Source: an uncultured Thermoleophilia bacterium (GTDB taxonomy: Bacteria > Actinomycetota > Thermoleophilia > UBA2241). From it: a stretch of 64,000 nt of DNA. Below are positions 18,184 to 28,718 of the stretch, in pieces. A program made the translations under genes and the position numbers. The stretch is taken from contig CAVPCT010000005.1 of the NCBI GenBank assembly GCA_963702475.1, forward strand, positions 192,001 to 256,000. The letters run 5' to 3'. Below the pieces are notes generated by a model. That model had not been told where the DNA came from. It saw nothing but the letters and a program-made list of their open reading frames with translations, and made no database searches. How positions within the stretch are numbered: the first letter of the stretch is position 1; the number at the start of each line of letters is the position of its first letter.

Positions 18184-19053
18184 ATGGTCCTCAAGCTCGG
18201 CTTGCCCAAAGGCAGCCTCGAGAACGCCACCATCGACCTCATGCGCCGCGCTGGGTTCCTGATCACCGTCGCGTCGCGCTCGTACTTTCCCGCCATCGAC
18301 GACCCCGAGATCGAGTGCATGCTCGTGCGTGCGCAGGAGATGGCGCGCTACGTGGAGGACGGCGCCCTCGACTGCGGCCTCACCGGCCACGACTGGGTCG
18401 TCGAGAACCGCGCCAAAGTGCACAAGGTGTGCGACCTGGTCTACGCCAAGCAGAGCTTCGGCAAGGTCCGCTGGGTGCTCGCCGTGCCGCGCGACTCAGA
18501 CGTGCAGACGCCCGCCGACCTCGAGGGACGCGTGGTCGCGACCGAGCTGGTCGGCGTCACGAAGCGCTGGCTCGAGCAGCGTGGTGTGAAGGCCAAAGTG
18601 GAGTTCAGCTGGGGCGCCACCGAGGCCAAGCTGCCCGAGCTCGCCGACGCCATCGTGGAGGTCACCGAGACCGGCTCCTCGCTCCGCGCCAACAAGCTGC
18701 GCATCGTCGAGACGGTGCTGGAGTCGACCACCCAGCTCATCGCCAACCACAGTGCCTGGCAGCACTCCGAGAAGCGCCAGAAGATCGAGGACATGGCGCT
18801 CCTGCTGCAGGGCGCCATCGCCGCGTTGGACAAGGTCGGTCTGATGCTGAATGTGAAGACCGAGGACCTCGACGCCGTGCTCGCCGTGCTTCCCGCCTTG
18901 CGCAATCCCACGGTGTCGCACCTCAGTGACCCGGGCTGGGTGGCCGTCAACACCATCCTCGAAGAGAGCGTGGTGCGTCACATCATCCCGCGCCTCAAGG
19001 AGGTCGGCGCGGAGGGCATCGTGGAGTTCCCGCTCAACAAGATCGTGATGTGA
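18184..19053 (+). CDS. hisG: ATP phosphoribosyltransferase (long form)
   Basis: [43 protein letters not shown]-terminal regulatory domain. Confidence 0.97.
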   Translation: MVLKLGLPKGSLENATIDLMRRAGFLITVASRSYFPAIDDPEIECMLVRAQEMARYVEDGALDCGLTGHDWVVENRAKVHKVCDLVYAKQSFGKVRWVLAVPRDSDVQTPADLEGRVVATELVGVTKRWLEQRGVKAKVEFSWGATEAKLPELADAIVEVTETGSSLRANKLRIVETVLESTTQLIANHSAWQHSEKRQKIEDMALLLQGAIAALDKVGLMLNVKTEDLDAVLAVLPALRNPTVSHLSDPGWVAVNTILEESVVRHIIPRLKEVGAEGIVEFPLNKIVM

Positions 19054-19081
19054 CGGGCGCGCCCCGGCCGGCGCAGCCGGC

Positions 19082-19840
19082 TCAGGCGCGCCGCAGCGCC
19101 TCCCAAACCTGCCGCGGCGTGAGCCTCCCGTAAGAGTCGCGCAGCTCCCCGGGCGGCACCGGCAGCCAGATGCGGCCGTCGCGGTCGTCGCCGACGTCGG
19201 CCGCCAGTCCCTGCCAGAACCTCCATGCCGTGAACGCCGCCATGAGGGCGTCCAGGGACTCGTGGTCGAAGTACTCGTCCCACAGCACGCCGTGGCTGCG
19301 CAGCAGCAGCACGCGCAGGCGCAGCCCCTCACGCGTGTCTCGCGGCGGCGGCGTGCCGCCGAGCAGGGTCACGAAGCCGGCATACGGGTACACCTCGAGC
19401 ACGGCCGGCGCCTGACCGAGCGAGCCGGGCAGCCAGCCGTCGGCCGGACGCTCGAAGCCCCGCCGGCCGAGCTCCTTGGAGTACGCCCAGCCGGCCACCA
19501 TCCAGGCGTACCGGCGCGCGTGCGCGGCGGCCTCCGCCGCAGTCGGCACCTGGTAGACGGCGATGCGCCGTGCCTGAAGGTCGGCGTCGCACCGCCGCCG
19601 ACGAGGCGTGCCCTGCGGCGACGCACGCTTCGGCCGCTGCGGAGCATCGATCCCCACGGCCGCCGGGCCGAGCGCGGCGAGCCAGTCGAGCAGCCGGCCG
19701 TGCCCGCCGGGATCGTCCTCGGCGGCCTCCCGCCACTCGACCACCTCGAGGGTGCGGCCGCCACGAAGCGCCACGGCCACGCTCGGCCGGCTGGCGGCCA
19801 CGTGGATGCCCACGACGACTGCTGTCGTGCTGGAACGCAT
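19082..19840 (-). CDS. DUF429 domain protein (predicted RNase H-fold nuclease)
   Basis: VGIDAP, R..D..L, EVYP, LDALMAAFTA. Confidence 0.75.
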   Translation of the reverse strand: MRSSTTAVVVGIHVAASRPSVAVALRGGRTLEVVEWREAAEDDPGGHGRLLDWLAALGPAAVGIDAPQRPKRASPQGTPRRRRCDADLQARRIAVYQVPTAAEAAAHARRYAWMVAGWAYSKELGRRGFERPADGWLPGSLGQAPAVLEVYPYAGFVTLLGGTPPPRDTREGLRLRVLLLRSHGVLWDEYFDHESLDALMAAFTAWRFWQGLAADVGDDRDGRIWLPVPPGELRDSYGRLTPRQVWEALRRA

Positions 19841-19934
19841 GGGTCCCGCCTTCAGACGCTCGGCGTTTGTTGCAGAATACAACGAACGCCGAGCGTCACC
19901 CGCGGTACTCAGGTGCCGGGCCGCCGCGGCGACC

Positions 19935-21311
19935 TCACGGCGTCACGAGCGTGACGTCCCGCACCCCCCAGCGCTGCCAGTCAGGGGCGTCCCCCCGGGC
20001 CACGAACCCGATGACGTTGCGCTTCTTGTCCAGCATGCTCGCCGGGATGGCGATGGACCGCACGCCGCTCCACTTGCCCTTGGGACCTGCGTCCAGGGCC
20101 CCCGCATCCTGCCAGTTGACGACCAGCCGGACCTCTTCGGCCTGCACGTCCCAGAGGCGGAAGTGCAGCACGCGCTCCGACGTCGCCCCCTTGGCGGTGT
20201 AGAAGAGCTCCTTGGGGTGCGTCTTGTCGTTGGGGCAGTTGCCCAACGCCGGCGCGTACGGCAGCGCCAGCGGCAGCGCAGGCTTCTGCAGCGGGTTGAA
20301 GCGCACGTTGGCGAGTGGCGCCCAGTCCTCATCCCCCGTCGTGGGCCAGTCGTACATGCCCGCGCCGAGGATGCCGGTCTCGCGCGTGGCCCGCACGAAC
20401 GCCGTGGTCTCCGACGCAGATGACTGGCTCCCGAGCCCGGCTATCAGGTGGATGGGCACGGTACTCTGCCCAACCTGCTCGCGCACGATACGCACGTTGT
20501 CCAGGGTCTCGTTGTAGACCTTGGTGTAGCCGTCCACGTGGTAGGTGTAGTAGCCCATGGGGACGACGACGTCGTAGATGGCCGCCACGGTCTTGTACGG
20601 AAAGTCCGGCCAGTACGTGCTGTTGATGGTCATGCCCTTGGGCGACGGGATGATGCCGCCCAGCGGGTACGTGGCGCCGACGTAGGCGCGGATCTGTTCG
20701 GACAGCTTCTTCATCTGCGCGCTGCGCTCGCTCGCCGGTTTGACGGTGCTGTCCTCGATGTCGAGGGCGAAGGAGTCGAACTTCTGCCCGTCGGCGGTGC
20801 GCAGGTCGATGGCGGCCTTGCTGCGCCGCAGGTCCTTGTCGAGGTTCTTGAACCCCGGCAGGTACCACGCCACGACGTACATGCCGCGCGCGTGGCACTC
20901 CTGGATGAGCTCCTCGAGCGCGTCGGGGTTCGCGACCGGCCGGTACAGGGTCGACGAGGACGGGTTGTGGTAGTTGGCCGTCTCGACGAAGAGCGTGCGG
21001 ACGCCGTGCGAGGCCATGTCGGCCACGGCGGCGGCGGGGTCGTTCCAGGCACTCGCGTCGTAGAGGTCCACCCACGATCCCAGACCGCGGTAGGCGACGA
21101 GCGGCGCCTTCTTCGCCGCGGCGCGCGGCGCCGCGGCCGCCGTCGTGCCCTTCGTGGCGGCCGGGGTCGCGCCCTTCTCGGCCGCCTGCGCGGCCGCCGC
21201 GCGCTGCACCACGCCGCTCAGAGCTGCGGCGAGCCCCCCGGCCAGCAGGAGGGCCGCGACGAGCGGCGCAACACGGATCCGGAGCGCGGAATGGCAGAGG
21301 AGACGACTCAC
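19935..21311 (-). CDS. secreted protein with glycoside-hydrolase-like TIM barrel and C-terminal beta domain
   Basis: Signal/Ala-rich N-terminus; GSWVDLYD, VVAWYLP, FALDIE, PMGYY. Start uncertain. Confidence 0.65.
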   Translation of the reverse strand: MSRLLCHSALRIRVAPLVAALLLAGGLAAALSGVVQRAAAAQAAEKGATPAATKGTTAAAAPRAAAKKAPLVAYRGLGSWVDLYDASAWNDPAAAVADMASHGVRTLFVETANYHNPSSSTLYRPVANPDALEELIQECHARGMYVVAWYLPGFKNLDKDLRRSKAAIDLRTADGQKFDSFALDIEDSTVKPASERSAQMKKLSEQIRAYVGATYPLGGIIPSPKGMTINSTYWPDFPYKTVAAIYDVVVPMGYYTYHVDGYTKVYNETLDNVRIVREQVGQSTVPIHLIAGLGSQSSASETTAFVRATRETGILGAGMYDWPTTGDEDWAPLANVRFNPLQKPALPLALPYAPALGNCPNDKTHPKELFYTAKGATSERVLHFRLWDVQAEEVRLVVNWQDAGALDAGPKGKWSGVRSIAIPASMLDKKRNVIGFVARGDAPDWQRWGVRDVTLVTP

Positions 21312-21517
21312 GGGGACCCCCAAGGTGGCTGAAATTGGGTCTTCTCAGTATACGACGCCGCGCGAGCCGGGCCTTTTAGCACCTCGGGGACGACGGTATG
21401 TCGGAGACGCGCCGGGCAGGCCGTGTGTGCGCCAGCCCGTCCCCGCGAGCCCCCCGCCGCTTCAGGCTCCGGGTTTCGTGGTAGGTTGAGCCGACAGACG
21501 GGGGTACGGAGGAGCAC

Positions 21518-22036
21518 ATGAGCATCGCGTACGTGGAGCAGCAGCTCGGGGCGGCCGAGAAGATCCTCTACACAGAGCGGCACCACTGGGTGTTCTTCGT
21601 CGCCCAGATGATCAAGTGGATCCTGTTCGCGGCCGCCGTGCTCGCCCTCGTCATCATCCTCAGGGTGTGGGTCGCCTCGGAGTCGACCTGGATGTGGTGG
21701 ATCCTGCTGGTGCTCGTCGTCCCCGGCGTGCGCGTCGCCTGGGGGTTCCTCTCCTGGAAGATGAACGTCTACGTGCTCACCAACCGGCGCGTGATCGAGT
21801 CCACCGGCGTGCTCAGCAAGCGGGTCTCCGACTCGTCGCTCGAGAAGCTCACCGACATCGTGCTCAAGCAGTCGATCCTGGGCCGCATGCTGAACTACGG
21901 CGACATCATCGTGCTGACCGCGGCGGCCGGCGCCGGCATCAACAACCTCAAGCAGATCCGGCGCCCGATGGAGTTCAAACAGCAGATGGTGAACGCCAAG
22001 GAGGAGCTCGAGCGCGAGTTCGGCGGCAGCAACTGA
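21518..22036 (+). CDS. bacterial PH domain membrane protein
   Basis: Two TMs, YVLTNRRVI..TGVL, QSILGRMLNYGDI; GGAGGAG RBS. Confidence 0.88.
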   Translation: MSIAYVEQQLGAAEKILYTERHHWVFFVAQMIKWILFAAAVLALVIILRVWVASESTWMWWILLVLVVPGVRVAWGFLSWKMNVYVLTNRRVIESTGVLSKRVSDSSLEKLTDIVLKQSILGRMLNYGDIIVLTAAAGAGINNLKQIRRPMEFKQQMVNAKEELEREFGGSN

Positions 22037-22119
22037 GACGGGCGGCGGGCCTGCGGCGGCCGCCCGCCGCTCCGCGAGGGGTGCCCCGTGGCGCCCCTCG
22101 ATGAGTCATCCCTCCCGGC

Positions 22120-22827
22120 TCAGGCCTGCGGCTCGCAGCCCTCGCCGCGTGAGTGCCGCACGTCGGCGAGCTCGCGCAGGACGCCGGTGACGAGGAACAC
22201 GGTCTGCTCGGCCACGTCCACCGTGTTGTCGCCGATGCGCTCGAGGGCGCGTGCGACCAGGACCATGAACATGGCCCACTCGCGGAGCTCCGCGTCGTCG
22301 CCGATCTCGACGGCGCGCCTGAACACCTCGCGATTGAGGCGGTCGACGCAGTCGTCCTGCAGAGCGAGCTCCTCCGCGAGCTCGACGTTGCGCGACAGGA
22401 AGGTCTTCTCCGCCTGCACGATCTGCAGGCCGACGAGGCGTCCCATCTCCTCGATGGCCGCGAGCATCCTCACGTCGCGCGGCGATTCATGGCCGGAGAG
22501 CGGGACGAGCTTGGCGATGTTCACGCACTGGTCCCCCATGCGCTCCAGGCACCAGACGACGTGCAGCAGAGCGGCGACGAGGCGCAGATCGCCGGCCACC
22601 GGGGCCTGACTCGCCAGCAAGGCGATGACGCCCTGGTGGAGGTCCAGGTAGCGCCGGTCGATGGTCTGGTCCGTCGCCACCACGACCCCGGCCAGCGCCG
22701 CGTCGCCCCGCTCCAGGGCCTCCATGGCGCGCGTCAGCTGCTCGCTCACCATGCCGAAGCCGTCCAGCACTTGCCGCTCGAGGTCCCTGAGCTGCTCGAA
22801 GAAGGCGTGCCGTGTCTCGCGTTCCAT
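22120..22827 (-). CDS. phoU: phosphate signalling protein PhoU
   Basis: QAPVAGDLR, LERMGDQCVNIA, DDCVD, LERIGDN. Confidence 0.93.
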   Translation of the reverse strand: MERETRHAFFEQLRDLERQVLDGFGMVSEQLTRAMEALERGDAALAGVVVATDQTIDRRYLDLHQGVIALLASQAPVAGDLRLVAALLHVVWCLERMGDQCVNIAKLVPLSGHESPRDVRMLAAIEEMGRLVGLQIVQAEKTFLSRNVELAEELALQDDCVDRLNREVFRRAVEIGDDAELREWAMFMVLVARALERIGDNTVDVAEQTVFLVTGVLRELADVRHSRGEGCEPQA

Positions 22828-22914
22828 GTCAGGTCCTGCCGTGAGCGAGGATGCCCGGACCCGGGGATCCGGCGTACGAGCGCATCGTGGCAAGCATCAT
22901 ATGCCGATCCTCAC

Positions 22915-23925
22915 TCAACCGAACCGTCCGGTCACGTATGCTTCTGTCCGGGAGTCGCTCGGGTTGGTGAACACCCGCGACGTCAGGTCGTATTCGACGA
23001 GGATGCCGATGCGGTGGTCTTTCTCGTCCTGTCCCTCCGCCACGGTGAAGAAGCCCGTGCGGTCGCTGACGCGGGCCGCCTGCTGCATGTTGTGCGTCAC
23101 GATGACGATCGTGTACTCGGACACCAGCTCGTCCATCAGCTCCTCGATCCTGAGGGTCGAGACCGGGTCGAGCGCCGAGCAGGGCTCGTCCATGAGGATC
23201 ACGTCGGGCTCCACGGCGATGCAGCGAGCGATGCACAGACGCTGCTGCTGACCGCCGGAGAGCGCCATGGCAGACGCCTTGAGGTCGCGCTTCACCTCGT
23301 CCCACAGCGCCGCCCGGCGGAGGGAGCGCTCCACGAGCTCGTCCATGTTCCCCTTGAACCCGCCGACCCTGGGCCCGAAGGCGACGTTGTCGTAGATCGA
23401 CTTGGGGAACGGGTTCGGCTTCTGGAAGACCATGCCGATGCGCCGGCGGACCTCCACCGGCTCGACCTTGGGGCCGTACAGGTCGATGCCGTGGTACACG
23501 ACGTTGCCGTGGACCTTGGCGCCCGGGATGAGGTCGTTCGTGCGGTTGAGGCAGCGCAGTACGGTCGTCTTGCCGCACCCGGAGGGGCCGATCAACGCCG
23601 TGATCTCGTTCTTTCGGATCGACATGGTGACGCCCTGGACGGCGTAGCTGCCGCTGTACGTCACCGACAGGTCCCGCAGCTCGAACACGGTCTCCGGCTC
23701 GGCGTCCTTCTTGGCCTGCCGACGCCGCTCCCGGGTCACCTCGGCCAGCTTCGCGCTCTCCTGGAGGACAGCGTCGCCCGCGGTCTCGGGGCGGACCCCG
23801 GCTTCGTCCGGCGACTCGGCTCTTCCTTCCGGCTCATCCATCACGGTCACACTTCTGTCCTCTCTCCCGGGTCTCTCCTTCATCTGCGGAGAGCTCCCGC
23901 GTCGATCATCGTCATCATGCCACAC
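22915..23925 (-). CDS. pstB: phosphate ABC transporter ATPase
   Basis: [46 protein letters not shown]-terminal YVTGRFG. Start uncertain (23925 or further downstream). Confidence 0.96.
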   Translation of the reverse strand: MWHDDDDRRGSSPQMKERPGREDRSVTVMDEPEGRAESPDEAGVRPETAGDAVLQESAKLAEVTRERRRQAKKDAEPETVFELRDLSVTYSGSYAVQGVTMSIRKNEITALIGPSGCGKTTVLRCLNRTNDLIPGAKVHGNVVYHGIDLYGPKVEPVEVRRRIGMVFQKPNPFPKSIYDNVAFGPRVGGFKGNMDELVERSLRRAALWDEVKRDLKASAMALSGGQQQRLCIARCIAVEPDVILMDEPCSALDPVSTLRIEELMDELVSEYTIVIVTHNMQQAARVSDRTGFFTVAEGQDEKDHRIGILVEYDLTSRVFTNPSDSRTEAYVTGRFG

Positions 23926-23926
23926 C

Positions 23927-24841
23927 TCACCATGACTGCTGGAAGCGGTTGCGGAGCCAGATGGCCACGGCGTTCATCAGCAGGGTGATGCAGAGGAGCA
24001 CGATGATGGCGGCCGCGGCGGCGACGTGGAACCCCGGGTTGGGGCGTGAGATCCAGTTGAAGATCTGGATGGGGAGCGCCGTGAACGAGCTACCCAGCCC
24101 GGTCGGATTGAACGTGATGAACTGCAGCGCCCCGAGCAGCAACAGGGGCGCTGCCTCGCCGATCGCGCGTGACACGGCGAGGATCGAGCCCGTGGCGATG
24201 CCCGGGATGGCCGCCGGCAGCACCTGCCTGCTGACCCCCTGCCAGCGCGTCGCGCCGAGCGCCAGCGCACCGTCCAGGATAGAGCTCGGCACCGCACGGA
24301 TGGCCTCGCGCGACGCGATGATGACCACCGGCAGGACCAGGAACGACAGGGTCAGGCCCGCGGTGAGCACGACCGGACCCAGGTTCAGGAAACCGCGCGC
24401 CAGAAACGCCAGCCCCAATATGCCGTACACGATGGACGGCACAGCCGCGAGGTTCTGGATGATGACGTCGATGAACCGGTTGAACCACGCCTCGGTGTCC
24501 GCGAACTGCTCCATGTAGACGGCCGCCCCCACGCCGATGGGGATGGCGACGACGAGCACGATGCCGACCATCCAGAAGGTCCCGAAGATCGCCGACTGGA
24601 TGCCGGCCTTCTCAGGGAAGCTCGAGGGGAAGTTCGTGATGAGGTCCAGGTTGAGCTTGGGCCAGCCCTCGACGAGGCTCTGCGCGATGAGCGCGACGAG
24701 AACGGCAAGGCCGACCAGCACGCTCCCCGTGACGGCGCCGCGGAACGCCCCGTCTCTGGTGCGGTGCCACCACCCACGCCGGCTGGTCAGCGAGACCGGC
24801 GGGGTCGTGGACGCGTCGTTCTGCGTGGTCAGAGTACTCAA
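23927..24841 (-). CDS. pstA: phosphate ABC transporter permease PstA
   Basis: [23 protein letters not shown]. Confidence 0.95.
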   Translation of the reverse strand: MSTLTTQNDASTTPPVSLTSRRGWWHRTRDGAFRGAVTGSVLVGLAVLVALIAQSLVEGWPKLNLDLITNFPSSFPEKAGIQSAIFGTFWMVGIVLVVAIPIGVGAAVYMEQFADTEAWFNRFIDVIIQNLAAVPSIVYGILGLAFLARGFLNLGPVVLTAGLTLSFLVLPVVIIASREAIRAVPSSILDGALALGATRWQGVSRQVLPAAIPGIATGSILAVSRAIGEAAPLLLLGALQFITFNPTGLGSSFTALPIQIFNWISRPNPGFHVAAAAAIIVLLCITLLMNAVAIWLRNRFQQSW

Positions 24842-25785
24842 TCGTAGACCTCGCGGTACTTCCTCACCAGCCGGATGCTGATGATGTTCATGATCAGGGT
24901 CATGACGAACAGGCTGAGGCCGACGGCGAAGATGGTCTTGTAGCCGATGCTGCCGGTAGCCTGGTCGCCGAGCCCAGCGGCCCCGATGAAGGCCGTCATC
25001 GTCTGCATGGCCTCTATGGGGTTGAACGAGAGATTCGGCATGCCGCCGGCGGCGATCAACACGATCATCGTCTCGCCGACCGCCCGACTGATGCCCAGGA
25101 CGAAGGCGGCGATGATCCCCGAGAGGCCCGCCGGCACGACCACGCGTGTGGAGATCTCATACTTCGTGGCGCCGAGGGCGGCCGCGCCGGCGCGCAGCGA
25201 TTGCGGCACGGCGTACATGGCGTCCTCGGAGATGGAGGCGACGGTCGGGAGGATCATGATGCCCATCACCAGACCGGCCGAGAGGGCGTTGAACACCCCC
25301 GGCGGGGTCCCGAACAGCCAGTTGTCCCGAAGCAGCGGCGTGATGAACGTCAAGGCGAAGAACCCGTAGACCACGGTGGGGATACCGGCGAGGATCTCAA
25401 GGATGGGCTTGACCACGCTCCTCGTCCTCCGCGCCGCGTATTCACTCAGGTAGATCGCCGCCAGCAGGCCGAGCGGCAGACAGATCACCGCGGCGATGAG
25501 CGTGACGACGAGCGTGCCGCCGAGCAGCGGCAGAACGCCGAACTTCGAGTTCTTGAACAGGGGAGCCCACTCCGTCCCGGTGAAGAACTCGACCGGACTG
25601 ACCTCCCCGAAGAACTCGAGGCTCGGGATCAGCAGCGCGAGCACGATACCCACTGTGAGGACGATCGAGAGCGCCGCGCAGGCGAACAGACTGCCGACGA
25701 TGACCTTCTCGCGGTAACGGCGGCTGCCCGCCTCCAGGCCCTCGAGGGGCCTGGAGGCGGGCCGTTCTGTGGCTGCAACCGCCAT
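24838..25785 (-). CDS. pstC: phosphate ABC transporter permease PstC
   Basis: [22 protein letters not shown]. Confidence 0.95.
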   Translation of the reverse strand: MAVAATERPASRPLEGLEAGSRRYREKVIVGSLFACAALSIVLTVGIVLALLIPSLEFFGEVSPVEFFTGTEWAPLFKNSKFGVLPLLGGTLVVTLIAAVICLPLGLLAAIYLSEYAARRTRSVVKPILEILAGIPTVVYGFFALTFITPLLRDNWLFGTPPGVFNALSAGLVMGIMILPTVASISEDAMYAVPQSLRAGAAALGATKYEISTRVVVPAGLSGIIAAFVLGISRAVGETMIVLIAAGGMPNLSFNPIEAMQTMTAFIGAAGLGDQATGSIGYKTIFAVGLSLFVMTLIMNIISIRLVRKYREVYD

Positions 25786-25792
25786 TTCTGCC

Positions 25793-26767
25793 TTACTCGG
25801 CGGCCGGCGAAGCCCCGCCGACGATCCCGTCGAGCACGGCCTGCGCGGCCGCGGTCTGTTCAGCGGTGATCGGCACGAACAGGGCCTGCTCGGCGATGCT
25901 CTGCGCGTTGTCCAGGTAGAACTGCATGAACGCCGCCATCTCCGGGCGCTGCAGCGCCTCGACCGACGGATAGATGAAGAGCGGCCTGCTGAGCGGCGTG
26001 TACTCGCCGGACTGCACCGTCTCCAGAGACGGGGTCACGGGACCGCTTCCGCCGTCGACCGCCACGACCTTCAGCTGGTCGGCGTTCTGCTCGTAGTAGG
26101 AGAGGCCGAAGTAGGCCATGCCGCCCTTGGAGCCGGACACGCCCTGCACGGCGACGTTGTCGTCCTCCGTGGCCTGGTAGTCGGTGCGGCTGACGCCCTC
26201 CTCACCGTTGATGGCGTCGGTGAAGTAGTCGAAGGTGCCCGAGTCGGTGCCGGGGCCGAAGAGCTCGAGCGGCACGTCGGGGAAGCTCGGGTCGACCTGG
26301 TTCCAGTTGTCGATCGTGCTGCCCTCGTTCCAGATCATCTTGAGCTGCTCGACGGTGAGGCTGTCGGCCCAGTCGTTCTCCGGGTTGATGACGACGGCGA
26401 TGCCGTCGTTCGCCACCTGCATCTCGACCCACTCGACTCCGGCGTCCGCGCAGATCTGCTCCTCGTCCGCCTCGATCTGACGGGAGGCGTCGTTGGCGTC
26501 GGTCTCCCCGGCGCAGAACTTCTCAAAGCCGCCGCCCGTGCCGGAGATGCCGACGGTCACGCGCACGTCGGGGTTCTCCTCCTGGAAGAACTCCGCCGCG
26601 GCCTCGGTGAGCGGACCCACGGTGCTCGAGCCGTCGATGCGGATGTCCCCTGAGAGCGCGTCCCCCCCGGCATCGCCGGTTCCCGATTCGTCGCCTCCGC
26701 ACGCCACTCCGAGCATCGCAATGGCCACCACCGCGGCGACGATCACGTACCAGCGTATGCGCCTCAT
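25793..26767 (-). CDS. pstS: phosphate-binding lipoprotein PstS
   Basis: Lipobox [30 protein letters not shown]. Confidence 0.95.
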   Translation of the reverse strand: MRRIRWYVIVAAVVAIAMLGVACGGDESGTGDAGGDALSGDIRIDGSSTVGPLTEAAAEFFQEENPDVRVTVGISGTGGGFEKFCAGETDANDASRQIEADEEQICADAGVEWVEMQVANDGIAVVINPENDWADSLTVEQLKMIWNEGSTIDNWNQVDPSFPDVPLELFGPGTDSGTFDYFTDAINGEEGVSRTDYQATEDDNVAVQGVSGSKGGMAYFGLSYYEQNADQLKVVAVDGGSGPVTPSLETVQSGEYTPLSRPLFIYPSVEALQRPEMAAFMQFYLDNAQSIAEQALFVPITAEQTAAAQAVLDGIVGGASPAAE

Positions 26768-26917
26768 CTCTCCTCCTGTGCTCGCTTACATAGAGAAACC
26801 GTCAGGGCGGCTCGCGCTGATATCCGCTGTAGCGCCCGCGTTGCCATCCCTGGTCCGCGGCAGCGCGAGGATCTGAGCCCGCCTCAGCGCGCCGCAGGGA
26901 GAGTCTGGCCAGCCAGA

Positions 26918-26935
26918 GTTAGCGCTCTGTTAGCG
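26918..26935 (-). promoter_or_regulatory. PHO-box-like 11-bp direct repeat upstream of pstS
   Basis: GTTAGCG at 26918 and 26929, 11-nt period. Confidence 0.5.
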
Positions 26936-27072
26936 GTCGGTGTGGTTGGCGCAAGGCGGCGGCGGGTCCGGCGCCGCGGCGTGAGCGTGACGCACGAAGA
27001 TACCGGGGCGGAGTGCCGACGGCGGGGCGGAGTGCCGGTGCCGCCCGGCGGGCGGCCATGTCGCGCCGCGGG

Positions 27073-28245
27073 TCAGGAGCAGCGGACAATGCCGCGCGCC
27101 CACAGGCAGTCGCCGCACGTGGGGTGCGGGTTGCCGAAGCAATCCTCTTCGTTGGTCTCGGCCAGTTCGCACGCGCAGTCGGTGCACGGCGGGAAGTCGA
27201 AGCGGTGCACGCGCTCGCGGAAGGCGGCGTAGGCGGGCCTGGCCCGCACCGCCGCCAGACGCTCCTCGGGCAACGCGCCCACCTGCCACTTGGTCATCCG
27301 TTTCTCACGGCCGCGCACGAAGCAGGTGTAGCTGTGCAGCAGCGGAGGACACGGGCTGACTCCGCCGTGCCACGCCACCGCGCACGCGTCCGCGTACACG
27401 AAGGGACAGCGGCTGCGGGTGGTCTCCGGGCCGGAGCCGAAGAAGGACACCGGCCCGGACTGCGTGAGCGCGCGGCCGAGCGCCGCCCCGAGCTGCTCGT
27501 CCCAGTCGAACGCGGGCAGCTGCCATCGAGGGGCCGCCGTGGTCTCGGCGCCCGCGAGTGAGCCCGCGTGCCGGTCGTACAGCGTCTCATCGAGCAGCTC
27601 GGGCGTGTACGCGAGCACGTTGCTGACGATGACGAAGCTAGCGCCCAGCTGAGCCGCGAGCCGGCCGAGCCCGGGCAGCTCGCCGATGTTGGAGCGCATC
27701 GCCACGAATTCCACCCCGATGCGCATGCTCGGGCCGTAGTTCGGGCCGCGCAGGTCGTTGAGCCGGCGCACGTTGGCCACGACACGCTCGAGGGAGGCGC
27801 CGGACCGCACGCGTCCGAAGCTCTCTGCGGTCGCGCCGTCGATGCTCACCACGAGCTGGTCGAGCCCGGCGCTCAGGAGGCCGGCGCCGAGGACCTCGTC
27901 GAGCAGCAGGGCGTTGGTGGTGACCTCCACGCGCAGACCCCTCTCCTTGGCCAGACGCACCATGTCGAGGAAGCGCGGGTGCAGAAGCGGCTCGCCCAGC
28001 CCCATGAACGCGACCGTCCCCGGCGTGCGCGCGGGACCGTCGGCCGGCTCGGCCGCCGCGCCGGCGCGGGCCGGCAGGGCGGCCGTGGCCTCCTCGAGTC
28101 CGTCGACGACCGCCTCGTAGGTCGACCACGCCATGTGCCCCTCGGGTTCGTCCCAGGCGTGGCGCACGCAGGTGGTGCACGCCAGGTTGCAGGCGTTGGT
28201 CGGCTCGACGTAGACCTTGCGCAGGTCGTCCCGGAACGTGGTCAC
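27073..28245 (-). CDS. radical SAM/SPASM protein, tungsten-cofactor oxidoreductase maturase-like
   Basis: CNLACTTC, GLGEPLLHP, Cys-rich C-terminus FPPCTDC..C...DCFGN...CGDCLWA.GIVRC. Confidence 0.8.
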   Translation of the reverse strand: MTTFRDDLRKVYVEPTNACNLACTTCVRHAWDEPEGHMAWSTYEAVVDGLEEATAALPARAGAAAEPADGPARTPGTVAFMGLGEPLLHPRFLDMVRLAKERGLRVEVTTNALLLDEVLGAGLLSAGLDQLVVSIDGATAESFGRVRSGASLERVVANVRRLNDLRGPNYGPSMRIGVEFVAMRSNIGELPGLGRLAAQLGASFVIVSNVLAYTPELLDETLYDRHAGSLAGAETTAAPRWQLPAFDWDEQLGAALGRALTQSGPVSFFGSGPETTRSRCPFVYADACAVAWHGGVSPCPPLLHSYTCFVRGREKRMTKWQVGALPEERLAAVRARPAYAAFRERVHRFDFPPCTDCACELAETNEEDCFGNPHPTCGDCLWARGIVRCS

Positions 28246-28505
28246 CGCGCCCCCGCCTTCCGCCGCGCGGCGCGCAGTTCCTCGAGCGACGGAAAGCTCA
28301 AGGCACTCGCCTCGCAGAGCGTCGCGCAGTGGGAGCACCCCTCGATGCAGGAGGTCTTCGCCACGACGCGCACGCGAGCGTCGACGAGGCGGTACACACC
28401 CTGCCGGCAGAACTCGAGACACACCCCGCAGTCCGTGCAGGCGGCCTCGTCGAGGGTCGGTCCCCACTCCCTTGGCACACCATCAAGCGCGGGTGTCGCT
28501 GCCAT
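28242..28505 (-). CDS. 2x[4Fe-4S] ferredoxin
   Basis: CTDCGVCLEFC and CIEGCSHCATLC; GGAGG RBS. Confidence 0.88.
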   Translation of the reverse strand: MAATPALDGVPREWGPTLDEAACTDCGVCLEFCRQGVYRLVDARVRVVAKTSCIEGCSHCATLCEASALSFPSLEELRAARRKAGAR

Positions 28506-28718
28506 CGCCGAACCTCCTGTCCGCAGGGCATCGGAGTCATGACCGCATCCGACGGCAGTGTACGCGGCAGGAGTCGGGGGCGCAGCCGACGCGACGATCC
28601 GCGGCCCGGCGGACCGGCGTTCGGGAGTCCCACCAGGATCGCCGTCGTCCTCCGCAGGGACGTCGGCCTCACCTCGCCCAGCGCATGACGGAGGCCAAAG
28701 ACGGCCCGGCGGGATAGG

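Noticed and set aside
19082-19840. DUF429 N-terminal GIH instead of GID as a novel catalytic variant
   Set aside because: A single substitution that could be drift or sequencing error; not supportable without an alignment.
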